Shown: piece after piece, positions 19,003-27,394 of the stretch
Layout of the letters: every line of letters begins with the position of its first letter
Position numbering within the stretch: the stretch's first letter is position 1
Source of the DNA: Bacteroidales bacterium
GTDB lineage: Bacteria > Bacteroidota > Bacteroidia > Bacteroidales > JAGOPY01
Reading direction: 5' to 3'
Length of the DNA: 42,451 nt
Assembly (NCBI GenBank): GCA_030638325.1
Contig: DAOWEV010000111.1
Location: 1 to 42,451, forward strand
Position numbers and translations under genes: made by a program
The notes under the pieces: generated by a model
The model's input: the letters and a program-made list of their open reading frames with translations, nothing else
The model's database searches: none
What the model was told of the DNA's origin: nothing

Positions 19003-20397
19003 CTATTCAGGCTTAATAAAATGTGGTTTTATTAAGGCTTCGACTCTTTTAATAATGTATATGAGGATGATCAGGGCGATAAAAACAATAACCCAGGTTA
19101 CCCGTGCCTGCAACCGGTCTGAGATATTTGCGAGGCTTGCAGTTATAGCAGAGTTGTATAAAATACCGAAGAAAGTTATGACTATGAACGCTTTCAGGCT
19201 CTTGTTCAATTTATTATTATAACATGCCCAAAAAATTATGATAACAGACATGCTCAGCACAAAATAGTTAATGATATTCAGGAACTTAAAGTCCAATTTC
19301 CCCCAACTTTGCAGTGTGACAAGCATTTCAACAGATTCATTACCAAAATATTTGTCAATTGGAGGATACGGAGCCGAATTCTGTCTAAAAGCTAAGAGGC
19401 CAGACCCGATATCAACGTTAAAAAGCTGCCTGAAAGTTGCTTTAATGCTTTCCCAAACAAACCTTCCCAAATATTCAGGAGTAGTATAAATACCATGAAT
19501 AACCTCAGCAAAGGCTGAATCTGCTTCTTCCCAACTGATCCCGGCTTTTTTCATGGGGGAACTCTCAGTCCATAAAAACCCGCCAGCTGAAGTTGGCAGG
19601 GTTTCAAGCTGATCACATAAAATATTAGGTTCCTGTTCACAATGTTCTTCAAGATAGTCGTGCAGGATACCTGTTTCAGATAACCTCCCCGCTAAAAAGA
19701 CATTTGATGTCAGGCTAAGCCGGAAACCTTTATTGTAGTATGCATGATGAGACATTATGATAATAGATGATCCAATGATCATTAGTAAAAGCCAGACAAG
19801 CCTGCGGTAGAATACTTTCCCGCTGACGAAATAGTTAACCCGCAATACATGGAATATGAATATGGTCGCGAGAATGAGAATGGCTAAGGGGAAATGGCTG
19901 AAATGAGAAACTATAAAAAAGAAAAAAAGTATGGAGAATAAGATCCCTTCCCAAACGGGTATTTTTTTCTCAGAAAAAAGAATAAATATTATCAAGAAAA
20001 TACCGGAGGTAAAAATATCCGGCATAATCTGACAACTATACCAGCTAAGACTACTTAAAAGTATTAAGACCACGATGATTGCGAAATGTATGAAATATAG
20101 CCTCACCTGCGGAAATATCAGTTTAAGTACCTTATATATAAGCAAATTAATGATTAAACATTGCATAAACATGACTGTCCATAATGTAGCATGCAATGAA
20201 AAGATGTTTATAAACAACCCGTAACCTATTGGCCTGGATGAGGGTGGAGTAAGTAAAAATGCTGAATGGATATAAGTTCCTGTGTCAGAAAACAACAAAG
20301 GGTAACCATTATTGAGTGCCGGTGCGCAAATAATTAGAGTAGTAAGCAGGAAATAAAGTGCTGTAATCAGATACTTCACTGTTCTGGAATATTTCAT
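19003..20397 (-). CDS. Polytopic membrane protein, putative GT-C-type glycosyltransferase
   Basis: About 10 or more hydrophobic segments. The first loop contains an acidic residue (LFSDTGTYIHS). A ~150-aa hydrophilic loop lies before the last TM helices. It sits directly upstream of the GtrB-like gene. Confidence 0.5.
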   Translation of the reverse strand: MKYSRTVKYLITALYFLLTTLIICAPALNNGYPLLFSDTGTYIHSAFLLTPPSSRPIGYGLFINIFSLHATLWTVMFMQCLIINLLIYKVLKLIFPQVRLYFIHFAIIVVLILLSSLSWYSCQIMPDIFTSGIFLIIFILFSEKKIPVWEGILFSILFFFFIVSHFSHFPLAILILATIFIFHVLRVNYFVSGKVFYRRLVWLLLMIIGSSIIIMSHHAYYNKGFRLSLTSNVFLAGRLSETGILHDYLEEHCEQEPNILCDQLETLPTSAGGFLWTESSPMKKAGISWEEADSAFAEVIHGIYTTPEYLGRFVWESIKATFRQLFNVDIGSGLLAFRQNSAPYPPIDKYFGNESVEMLVTLQSWGKLDFKFLNIINYFVLSMSVIIIFWACYNNKLNKSLKAFIVITFFGILYNSAITASLANISDRLQARVTWVIVFIALIILIYIIKRVEALIKPHFIKPE

Positions 20398-20429
20398 GTT
20401 TTCGATGCTTTTCCGGGCTGATATTGACG

Positions 20430-20454
20430 TTAATTAGTGTTTGTCCATAATGTC
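20430..20454. repeat. Left 25-bp inverted repeat of the 452-bp intergenic element
   Basis: TTAATTAGTGTTTGTCCATAATGTC is the exact reverse complement of 20857-20881. Confidence 0.95.
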
Positions 20455-20494
20455 CGATTTCTTCGTTACGCTTGTCTTTAAACTCAGTCATTTA

Positions 20495-20502
20495 CAAAAG
20501 TA
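20495..20502 (-). promoter_or_regulatory. -7 box TACTTTTG inside the IR-bounded segment, pointing at the 19003..20397 gene
   Basis: The + strand reads CAAAAGTA, about 98 nt upstream of the ATG at 20397. Confidence 0.4.
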
Positions 20503-20560
20503 AACTCCTGATTTTAAAGACGTCGCAAGCCTCGAACTCAAACATTCTGAACCAAACACT

Positions 20561-20602
20561 GACTTTATGGATGGACACTAATTAGTGTCTGTCTATAAGC
20601 TC
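20561..20602. repeat. Central back-to-back copy of the inverted repeat
   Basis: 20561-20585 matches the right IR at 20/25 positions. 20578-20602 matches the left IR at 20/25. The two copies overlap on the perfect 16-bp palindrome GACACTAATTAGTGTC (20574-20589). Confidence 0.85.
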
Positions 20603-20616
20603 TAAATTGTTGATAT

Positions 20617-20624
20617 CAAAAGTA
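20617..20624 (-). promoter_or_regulatory. Second TACTTTTG -7 box in the larger IR-bounded segment
   Basis: The + strand reads CAAAAGTA, in the same orientation as the first box. Confidence 0.3.
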
Positions 20625-20856
20625 TTTAAAAAGATAAAGATAAAAAAAGCCTTTGTACTTTTAAGCAATAGTTCGGTATTTTTTTAATATTAACAAATGT
20701 AAATAGAAAACTTTAACGAACTATTGAATAGCAGATCATCAATAATATATGATTTTTTTATGTCAAAATATTACGGTACTCCTGGCAAAAATTGCGACAG
20801 GAAAAATTTTAGTGGGTCAGGAGTTCTGAATTTATGAAATTCTCTTTCTTTTTGAT

Positions 20857-20881
20857 GACATTATGGACAAACACTAATTAA
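20857..20881. repeat. Right 25-bp inverted repeat of the 452-bp intergenic element
   Basis: GACATTATGGACAAACACTAATTAA is the exact reverse complement of 20430-20454. It ends 21 nt after the stop codon of the upstream gene. Confidence 0.95.
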
Positions 20882-20902
20882 AGTATGGGCCAGATAACAC
20901 TA

Positions 20903-22792
20903 TCAATAGTAAGGTACAGCCTTGCTCAAGGATATTATACCGCCATCGATCATATAGGATTTCGAATTCTTATTCCATACGTAAATTTTTAGCCTATGTG
21001 CATTTTCCGGTATATGTGTCAGGAGACAACCATGAAAATTATTTATTAGCTTATTCCAGCAGGCATGCTTTTTCCTTTGGTCTATTGGCTCGTAAAGAAT
21101 CAGTTGTTCTTGCTCATCCCTTAGCTCAATCCCGATATTTGCGATGAAAGGTTCGCCAAGAACAGAAAGATCAATATCTATATAAATATTTTGTCCCACT
21201 AAAGTATCAACAGTCTCATTGAAACATACAAAGCCCTTCCTGCTGATATAACCCGGTGTCTGTATGGAATCTTTAGCTGTGATTAAAGATCTGTGAAGCG
21301 GCTCTTTACGTTTTAACAGTGAAATATTAATAGCCTCATCGGTTTCAATGATATCATAATATTGGAGCCACTCAGGGTTCACGTTGACAAACCCAATTTG
21401 ATAATCAGTCAAATTCCCCGGATAGTCAAATGTTTGCATATGATTTAAAGAATCACAGTTACGAAATTTGATATAGTTCCATGTTTTTGCCTGCAAACCA
21501 GAGCCTGCCACAGTAGGAGGCGGGTTCTCTTGATTCCATGTTGATTTGATCAAATGGTAAAAGCGTTCAGGCATTGTCGCGTACTTGCGGTGGTATGAAT
21601 ACTCTAAGTTCATATTGAATGCAAAATGAACGGGTATCAATAACAATGCGAGAGATAGAATTTTTATCACCCTGGTATTTATCACATTCTGAAACATATT
21701 TAACATGAAAATGATGCTTCCAAAAAACAGGGGAAAAAAGTATATAGCTGTTCTTTCCCGGGGATAGTAAATCCCGAATAGACCCTTCAGAACAAAAATG
21801 GCAATAAGGTTCCCGATAAAAAGGTAAAAAAACGTAAAGTTGCTGTCAGTTAAGATATTTAAGGATTTCTTTTTGATAAGAAAATAGATCCAGACACTAC
21901 AGATGATAATAAAATACACGATAAATAAGACCTTCACAAACAGGTAATTATGATCTGTTAGAATAACTGTCAATGATCTCACTGTAGAATCCCAGAAACT
22001 TTTATCTGATCCGAAAATGAGGTTTTTCTTTCTTAGCTCAAATAAATACACTGTGAGAAATGCCAGCGGGATAATGCTCAGGAAAAGCACTATCCCAATA
22101 AATTTGCAGAGGTCAGCACGGGTGAAATGCCTGGCATGAATGAACTTGATAATGGCAAGACCCAGGATGATCAATGAGGTAACCATAAGTGTCAGATTAG
22201 CGCTCAATGCCAGCGTGGTGAAGACAAAACAGTATGTATAATGGTTGTATTTGTTGGTTTGCTGAGCCATCATCAAATGGTATATTCCGGCTATCATCAA
22301 CGCGATTGACATACCATATCCCCGGCAAAAGGTAAAATATTCGAGAATGCTATGTACTGTACATATGGAAAGAATGAAGACCCACCGGAGAAATTTGTCA
22401 GGAATGTGTCGTGAGATTTTGTAGGTATAGATTAGAAATAAGATTGCTGATAGCACATTAGGCAATCTTAAAGCGATTTTTGATGACCCCAGCAAAAGAT
22501 AACTGACATAAGTAAGTGCAGAATTAAGGATATGATTATTTGTGTCAAAGCGTGATAAAAAAGGAAGGAATTCTCCTGATTGAACATAGAAATGTAAGGT
22601 GGATATCTCATCCATTATAACAGGAACAAATAGGGCTCTCAAAACCAGGTATAAAAATAGAAAGGATGAAAGGATGATAAAAATTTGTTTTTCGCTAACC
22701 TTTGAAAAAGATACTCTGGTAAAGAGATCCCTGATCATACTCTGTTTCGTTTTAACCAAGCCTGGGTAATTTTTAGTTCGCCCCCCTGTCAA
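20903..22792 (-). CDS. Polytopic membrane protein, GT-C (ArnT/PMT-like) putative glycosyltransferase with ~230-aa C-terminal soluble domain
   Basis: Many TM segments. The first loop carries an acidic motif (PVIMDEISTLHFY). The TTG at 22792 is the ORF-track start, but the ATG at 22738 (MIRDLF...) is equally plausible. Confidence 0.55.
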   Translation of the reverse strand: MTGGRTKNYPGLVKTKQSMIRDLFTRVSFSKVSEKQIFIILSSFLFLYLVLRALFVPVIMDEISTLHFYVQSGEFLPFLSRFDTNNHILNSALTYVSYLLLGSSKIALRLPNVLSAILFLIYTYKISRHIPDKFLRWVFILSICTVHSILEYFTFCRGYGMSIALMIAGIYHLMMAQQTNKYNHYTYCFVFTTLALSANLTLMVTSLIILGLAIIKFIHARHFTRADLCKFIGIVLFLSIIPLAFLTVYLFELRKKNLIFGSDKSFWDSTVRSLTVILTDHNYLFVKVLFIVYFIIICSVWIYFLIKKKSLNILTDSNFTFFYLFIGNLIAIFVLKGLFGIYYPRERTAIYFFPLFFGSIIFMLNMFQNVINTRVIKILSLALLLIPVHFAFNMNLEYSYHRKYATMPERFYHLIKSTWNQENPPPTVAGSGLQAKTWNYIKFRNCDSLNHMQTFDYPGNLTDYQIGFVNVNPEWLQYYDIIETDEAINISLLKRKEPLHRSLITAKDSIQTPGYISRKGFVCFNETVDTLVGQNIYIDIDLSVLGEPFIANIGIELRDEQEQLILYEPIDQRKKHACWNKLINNFHGCLLTHIPENAHRLKIYVWNKNSKSYMIDGGIISLSKAVPYY

Positions 22793-22854
22793 GTGGACAA
22801 AATTTCAATCAAAATATTTTATAATGATACGAAGAATCGTCAATTTCGGCGCAT

Positions 22855-24306
22855 TTATTTTGGCTTTCTGTCAGGGTACATCTCGTAGTAAGTAAGGTCA
22901 TTCTTATAATATATTCCTTTTTTAGCCTCGTCATAATTTGGAAACATCAACAGGCTTTTATATTTCTCGGAAGGTCTTAAATGCAAGAATGAATCCCAAT
23001 ATGCTTCTTTCGTCATGGCAACCCAATGAATGGAGCCATATCGGTATTGTCGTGTCTGGAACAAACCATGAGCAATAAGTGTAATTAGCAGAACAATATA
23101 AAATATTTTTGCAAACCAGTTCCTGTTCAATATATATGATGTAAATGCTGCAAAGGGGAAAGCCATTATAGCATAGGAGTCAATATAAGATCTTGGGCCG
23201 TAACCCCCACCAAACCACCAGAAACACCATGAAGATAAGATGTAAATATTTATGACAATAAAGGCCAAAGTGGGTACAAAAAGTTCCTTAGGCTTTTTAT
23301 AGAGAAAAGGTAAGCCAGTGAAACTAATGACAAGGATTGGTATATAGACCAGCAGCCCTTTTCGATAACTGAAAAGACTATGATATACCTGCGGGTTATT
23401 GAAAAAGAACACCTGTTCACCATATGAGTAAAATAAGTAATCACCGGTAATGTAGTTCCAGTAAAGAAACTGTGGCACCCAGACCAGCAGGGAAACAAAG
23501 ATCATCAACAGGATAAGCCTGTACGACCTAAGCAGAAACGACAATCTTTCAATAAAGCTTTTCCATCCGGTAACTCCAAGTAAGACCAGGAAGAGGACAA
23601 CGATAGTATTATTGGGGCGTACAAGAGAAATTACACCTATAATAAGGCCTAAAAATATGGTGTTCAGGATAGTTGATTTTTTCAACCACTTAATAACAAC
23701 ATATAGAAAAATGGAAATAAGGGCAAAGCTATAAACATGCGACATGGCCGGCTCTATGGTGGAATAATAAAAGATATTCGTTCCAAGTGTAATCGAGATA
23801 AGGGTAATGGCGGTTGCCGGGTCCGAAAAATATATCAACAGGATTTTACGGAGAAAATACAGCCCTAGTGTTAGATAAAACAAACAACTAAGTATTAACG
23901 CCAGCCGGTAGGGAACTGTATAACCATCCGCTTCGAATCCAACAAAAGGTATTTCCATGTTGGTAGTAAGCAGGTGTGCTGTTAGGAAGAATGGGGAATA
24001 CAGCAATGACATACCGTAGGTGAACTGTAAAAGTGTCTTTCCTTCCGGTCCTCCTCCAAGGTAGAGCTTGGATCTGTATTTATCAAGATCATTTTGTGCA
24101 AACTCAAAGTCCAGGTCGCCATGGATGATTGCTGCTGGCAAATAAGCATAATAGCCCTTAATATCATGGGCGATTATCCTTGATGGTTCATTCCAGTATT
24201 GTAAATTCAGGTCGGCCCGGGCAACAACCACTAATATCAAGATGACAGACAGGCTGGAAAGGTTCCGGACAAGCAACGAGTAAAAGTTAGAGATTATGCT
24301 TTTCAT
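22855..24306 (-). CDS. Polytopic membrane protein, GT-C-like putative glycosyltransferase
   Basis: ATG start and about 12 hydrophobic segments. The first loop reads HDIKGYYAYLPAAIIHGDLDF. The gene starts 11 nt after the PBP1A stop codon. Confidence 0.5.
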   Translation of the reverse strand: MKSIISNFYSLLVRNLSSLSVILILVVVARADLNLQYWNEPSRIIAHDIKGYYAYLPAAIIHGDLDFEFAQNDLDKYRSKLYLGGGPEGKTLLQFTYGMSLLYSPFFLTAHLLTTNMEIPFVGFEADGYTVPYRLALILSCLFYLTLGLYFLRKILLIYFSDPATAITLISITLGTNIFYYSTIEPAMSHVYSFALISIFLYVVIKWLKKSTILNTIFLGLIIGVISLVRPNNTIVVLFLVLLGVTGWKSFIERLSFLLRSYRLILLMIFVSLLVWVPQFLYWNYITGDYLFYSYGEQVFFFNNPQVYHSLFSYRKGLLVYIPILVISFTGLPFLYKKPKELFVPTLAFIVINIYILSSWCFWWFGGGYGPRSYIDSYAIMAFPFAAFTSYILNRNWFAKIFYIVLLITLIAHGLFQTRQYRYGSIHWVAMTKEAYWDSFLHLRPSEKYKSLLMFPNYDEAKKGIYYKNDLTYYEMYPDRKPK

Positions 24307-24317
24307 AAATACATTAA

Positions 24318-26585
24318 TCAGAAATCATCCAGGTCATAATCAATTTTACTCTCCTGCCGTTCCTGCTCATACTTTTCACAATCGATTTCCACAGACAATG
24401 GCTGTAAAGGTTTTTCAAAATCACCCTGGCTGATATGCAGGGAAGGATCCTTATAAATTTTTTGCATGTAGAGCGCCCATATTGGCAGGGCCATATTGGC
24501 TCCCTGGCCAAGCCCAATGGTCCGGAAGTGGACACTCCGGTCTTCGGCACCAACCCATATACCTGTTGAAAGGTCGGGTGTGATCCCGATAAACCATCCG
24601 TCGGACTGGTTCTGTGTGGTGCCGGTTTTACCGGCGATGGGCTGGGTAAAACCATATTTGAATCTAAGCCGGATCCCGGTACCTGACCGCACCACCCCTT
24701 TCATCAGATCCAGCATCAGGTAAGCAGTTTCCTCACTCATAGCTTCCTGTTTCCGGGGAACAAAACGTTCTATAATATTTCCGAATTTGTCTTCTATCCT
24801 CATCACAAGTATGGGCTCAATATAAACACCTTTATTGGCAAAGGAGTTGAAAGCGCCCATCATTTCGTATAAGGAAATATCTGAAGATCCCAATGCAATA
24901 GCCGGAACGGGATCAAGGTCTGCTTCAACGCCCATCTTCCGGGCAATTTTAATGACTGACTGGGGGGAATACCGTTTGATCAAAAAAGCCGAAATCCAGT
25001 TGTTGGAATTGGCCAGCGCCCATTGCAGGGTAACTTCTTCGCCGATCCGCTTGCTGGATGAGTTCCTGGGAGACCAGATATCACCTGTGGGAAGATCGAC
25101 ACTGTACTGAACATTGGCAACTTTCGAACAGGGTGAAAACTCCCCTTCCTGCATGGCCAGGGTATATAAAAATGGTTTGAAAGTAGAACCCACCTGCCTT
25201 CTGCTGAGCTTTACATGATCGTACTTGAAGTGACGGTAATCAATGCCCCCGACATAAGCTTTCACGTGCCCCGTATATGGTTCCATCGACAAAAGACCTG
25301 CCTGCAGGAAAAACTTGTAATAACGGATTGAATCCATGGGTGTCATAACAGTGTCGATCTCCCCTTCCCACGAAAACACCTTCATCGGTACGGGCGTATT
25401 GAAAACGATCCGGATGGAATCCATCGACATACCACGGAGTTTTAACACCCGGTAACGTTCCGACCATGTTATAGTGAGTTCCATGACCTTTTCTATCTGC
25501 TTTTCAGCAACATCTTTCTCAAACACGAAAGGGGCATTGGTAAACCCTTCCCAGTGTTCGTAAAATGCCGGCTGAAGGTCTTCTTTCAAATGCTGTACTA
25601 CGGCTTCTTCAGCATATTGTTGCATACGGGAGTCGATGGTGGTGTAAATCTTCAGTCCGTCTTTGTAAAGATCGTATGGGGTTCCGTCTGATTTAATATG
25701 GTTCTGACACCATTCCCTGAGCTCCATCCTGAGGATCTCACGGAAATAAGTTGCCGGTCCGGAAATATGATCCCTGACCCCGTAGTTTGACAGATCGATA
25801 GGCAACTGGCTCACAGAATCAAAAACCTCCGGAGTGATAAAATCATAATTTGCCATCTGGGTCAGCACCAGGTTTCTTCGCGCTATAGATCTTTCGGGGT
25901 TGCGAACGGGGCTATACCAGGTAGGCCCTCTGATGAGACTCACCAACAGGGCAGATTCTTCCAGGTTCAACGAGTCAACGGTCTTATTGAAGAAAGTTTT
26001 TGCCGCCGCTTTTATACCATATGAATGGCTGCCGAAAGGAACTGTATTCAAGTACATGGCGATGATCTCCTGCTTGGAATAATTACGTTCCAGCTTTATG
26101 GCGGTAACCCATTCTTTGAATTTTCGCATCACCAGGTCCAGGGTTGTCAGATTCTCTCCCCTTGGGAAGAGGTTTTTAGCTAACTGCTGAGTTAAAGTGC
26201 TGCCTCCTCCTTTGTGATTCCCGGTAAGCACACCATAAGCAACCCTAAACAGGGCCTTGCTGTCAACGCCCGAATGTTTCTCAAAGCGGATATCCTCTAT
26301 GGCGAGAAGAGCTTGCATAAGCTGATCGGGCAGATCACGATACTGAATATTGGACCGGTTTTCTATGTAATAAGTACCCAGTAGTTTTCCATCGGAAGAA
26401 TAGATTTCTGAAGCCAGGTTGGTTTTCGGGTTTTCCAGTTCTTCAAAAGAAGGCATCGGGCCAAACCATTCATTGGCAACGGCGACAAAAAACAGGGCGA
26501 CAAGCAGGATAAAACTGATGAAAAATATCCAGAACTTAATTAGATAATTGAAAATCCTCTTTTTCTTTTTTTTCTCTTCTGACAT
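24318..26585 (-). CDS. mrcA: Class A penicillin-binding protein 1A (GT51 transglycosylase / transpeptidase)
   Basis: GT51 motifs are EDIRFEKHSGVD and GGSTLTQQLAKN. Transpeptidase motifs are STFKP, SNN and KTGTT. I prefer the ATG at 26585 to the TTG at 26594. Confidence 0.92.
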   Translation of the reverse strand: MSEEKKKKKRIFNYLIKFWIFFISFILLVALFFVAVANEWFGPMPSFEELENPKTNLASEIYSSDGKLLGTYYIENRSNIQYRDLPDQLMQALLAIEDIRFEKHSGVDSKALFRVAYGVLTGNHKGGGSTLTQQLAKNLFPRGENLTTLDLVMRKFKEWVTAIKLERNYSKQEIIAMYLNTVPFGSHSYGIKAAAKTFFNKTVDSLNLEESALLVSLIRGPTWYSPVRNPERSIARRNLVLTQMANYDFITPEVFDSVSQLPIDLSNYGVRDHISGPATYFREILRMELREWCQNHIKSDGTPYDLYKDGLKIYTTIDSRMQQYAEEAVVQHLKEDLQPAFYEHWEGFTNAPFVFEKDVAEKQIEKVMELTITWSERYRVLKLRGMSMDSIRIVFNTPVPMKVFSWEGEIDTVMTPMDSIRYYKFFLQAGLLSMEPYTGHVKAYVGGIDYRHFKYDHVKLSRRQVGSTFKPFLYTLAMQEGEFSPCSKVANVQYSVDLPTGDIWSPRNSSSKRIGEEVTLQWALANSNNWISAFLIKRYSPQSVIKIARKMGVEADLDPVPAIALGSSDISLYEMMGAFNSFANKGVYIEPILVMRIEDKFGNIIERFVPRKQEAMSEETAYLMLDLMKGVVRSGTGIRLRFKYGFTQPIAGKTGTTQNQSDGWFIGITPDLSTGIWVGAEDRSVHFRTIGLGQGANMALPIWALYMQKIYKDPSLHISQGDFEKPLQPLSVEIDCEKYEQERQESKIDYDLDDF

Positions 26586-26640
26586 ACGCTTCAAGATACT
26601 TAAAAAACAAAACTAAATAATATATTGTCTGTTTTATTGT

Positions 26641-26694
26641 TACAGGTTGCAAGTTGCAGGTTTCAGGTTTTCAACTTGCAACCCGTAACCTGCA
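26641..26694. repeat. Heptamer-word dyad (AGGTTGC-type words followed by their complement)
   Basis: Reads AGGTTGC AAGTTGC AGGTTTC AGGTTTT, then CAACTTG CAACCCG TAACCTG. The 12-bp perfect stem is GGTTGCAAGTTG (26645-26656) with CAACTTGCAACC (26672-26683). It starts immediately after the gldH stop codon. Confidence 0.75.
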
Positions 26695-27162
26695 TTATTC
26701 TTTCTCAATGCTAATGCCGAGGTCGGTGATCCCGGTCAGATTTTTTACACGCATGGCCTGCTCAAACTCAAACAAGTACACTCCTCCATGCTGGAACCGG
26801 AGACCTTTCTTTAGCAATATCTTCAGATCCTTCATCCGGCCAAAACCTTTACCATACCATTTCCCCTTTTTATCAGCGAGGATAAATTCCACAGTATCCC
26901 TGGCCATTTTTCCGTCAGGAAATGTAGTATTGATGAAGAAATACACATTGTTGTATTTGTAGTCAGTGGTATGCCGCAGTGTCAGATAAAAATCAAAAAT
27001 GCTGCTTGTGTCAGTGATTTCTACATCGAACCTCACAACAGCATCCTGGTTCCAAACGCTTTCAGGAATGGTTTTATTATAATTATACACTGTATTTAGG
27101 TTGCATGATGCCAGCAATCCTATGATTATAGCAATTGGTAATATTTTTAATAAAGTATTCAG
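26695..27162 (-). CDS. gldH: Gliding-motility / T9SS-associated lipoprotein GldH
   Basis: The mature part resembles GldH (~140 aa, ends GITDLGISIEKE). The lipoprotein signal KILPIAIIIGLLASC lies upstream of the TTG at 27117 chosen by the ORF track. The start codon is uncertain; the coordinate given is an in-frame CTG, and an in-frame stop lies at 27166-27168. Confidence 0.8.
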   Translation of the reverse strand: MNTLLKILPIAIIIGLLASCNLNTVYNYNKTIPESVWNQDAVVRFDVEITDTSSIFDFYLTLRHTTDYKYNNVYFFINTTFPDGKMARDTVEFILADKKGKWYGKGFGRMKDLKILLKKGLRFQHGGVYLFEFEQAMRVKNLTGITDLGISIEKE

Positions 27163-27197
27163 GTGTTAATGTAAGTTGAAAGTTATAAGTTCTCTTT

Positions 27198-27284
27198 TGT
27201 CATTTGCTTCGTGTCATTCTATTGTCATTTGCTTCGCGTCATTTAAATGACCATTGAATGACTATTGAATGACCATCGAATGAC
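27198..27284. repeat. Word dyad: 4 x GTCATT then 4 x AATGAC
   Basis: GTCATT occurs at 27199, 27213, 27224 and 27238. AATGAC occurs at 27246, 27257, 27268 and 27279 (11-nt period). The centre is the 14-nt palindrome GTCATTTAAATGAC (27238-27251). Confidence 0.8.
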
Positions 27285-27394
27285 TACCTCCTGAGAAGAT
27301 TAAATAATTAAAGCAAATTTAATAATCACCTAAATAGTTACGTATAGGCGATATATATATGTCTTTCACATGACCGTATGCTTTTTTGCTGATT

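Noticed and set aside
20309-20491. 60-aa minus-strand ORF crossing the left 25-bp inverted repeat
   Set aside because: It overlaps the start of the 464-aa membrane protein gene in another frame and reads through the repeat. There is no supporting signal.
24314-24655. 113-aa minus-strand ORF overlapping the 3' end of mrcA
   Set aside because: It is an alternative frame of a region encoding the conserved KTGTT-containing transpeptidase domain. Its composition is Pro/Ser/Gly-rich, typical of an off-frame translation.
26566-26573. 8-nt homopolymer (A8 on the coding strand) in the first codons of PBP1A as a slipped-strand phase-variation tract
   Set aside because: It simply encodes the Lys run of the cytoplasmic tail (EEKKKKKR). 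The tract is short and the gene is intact and essential-type.
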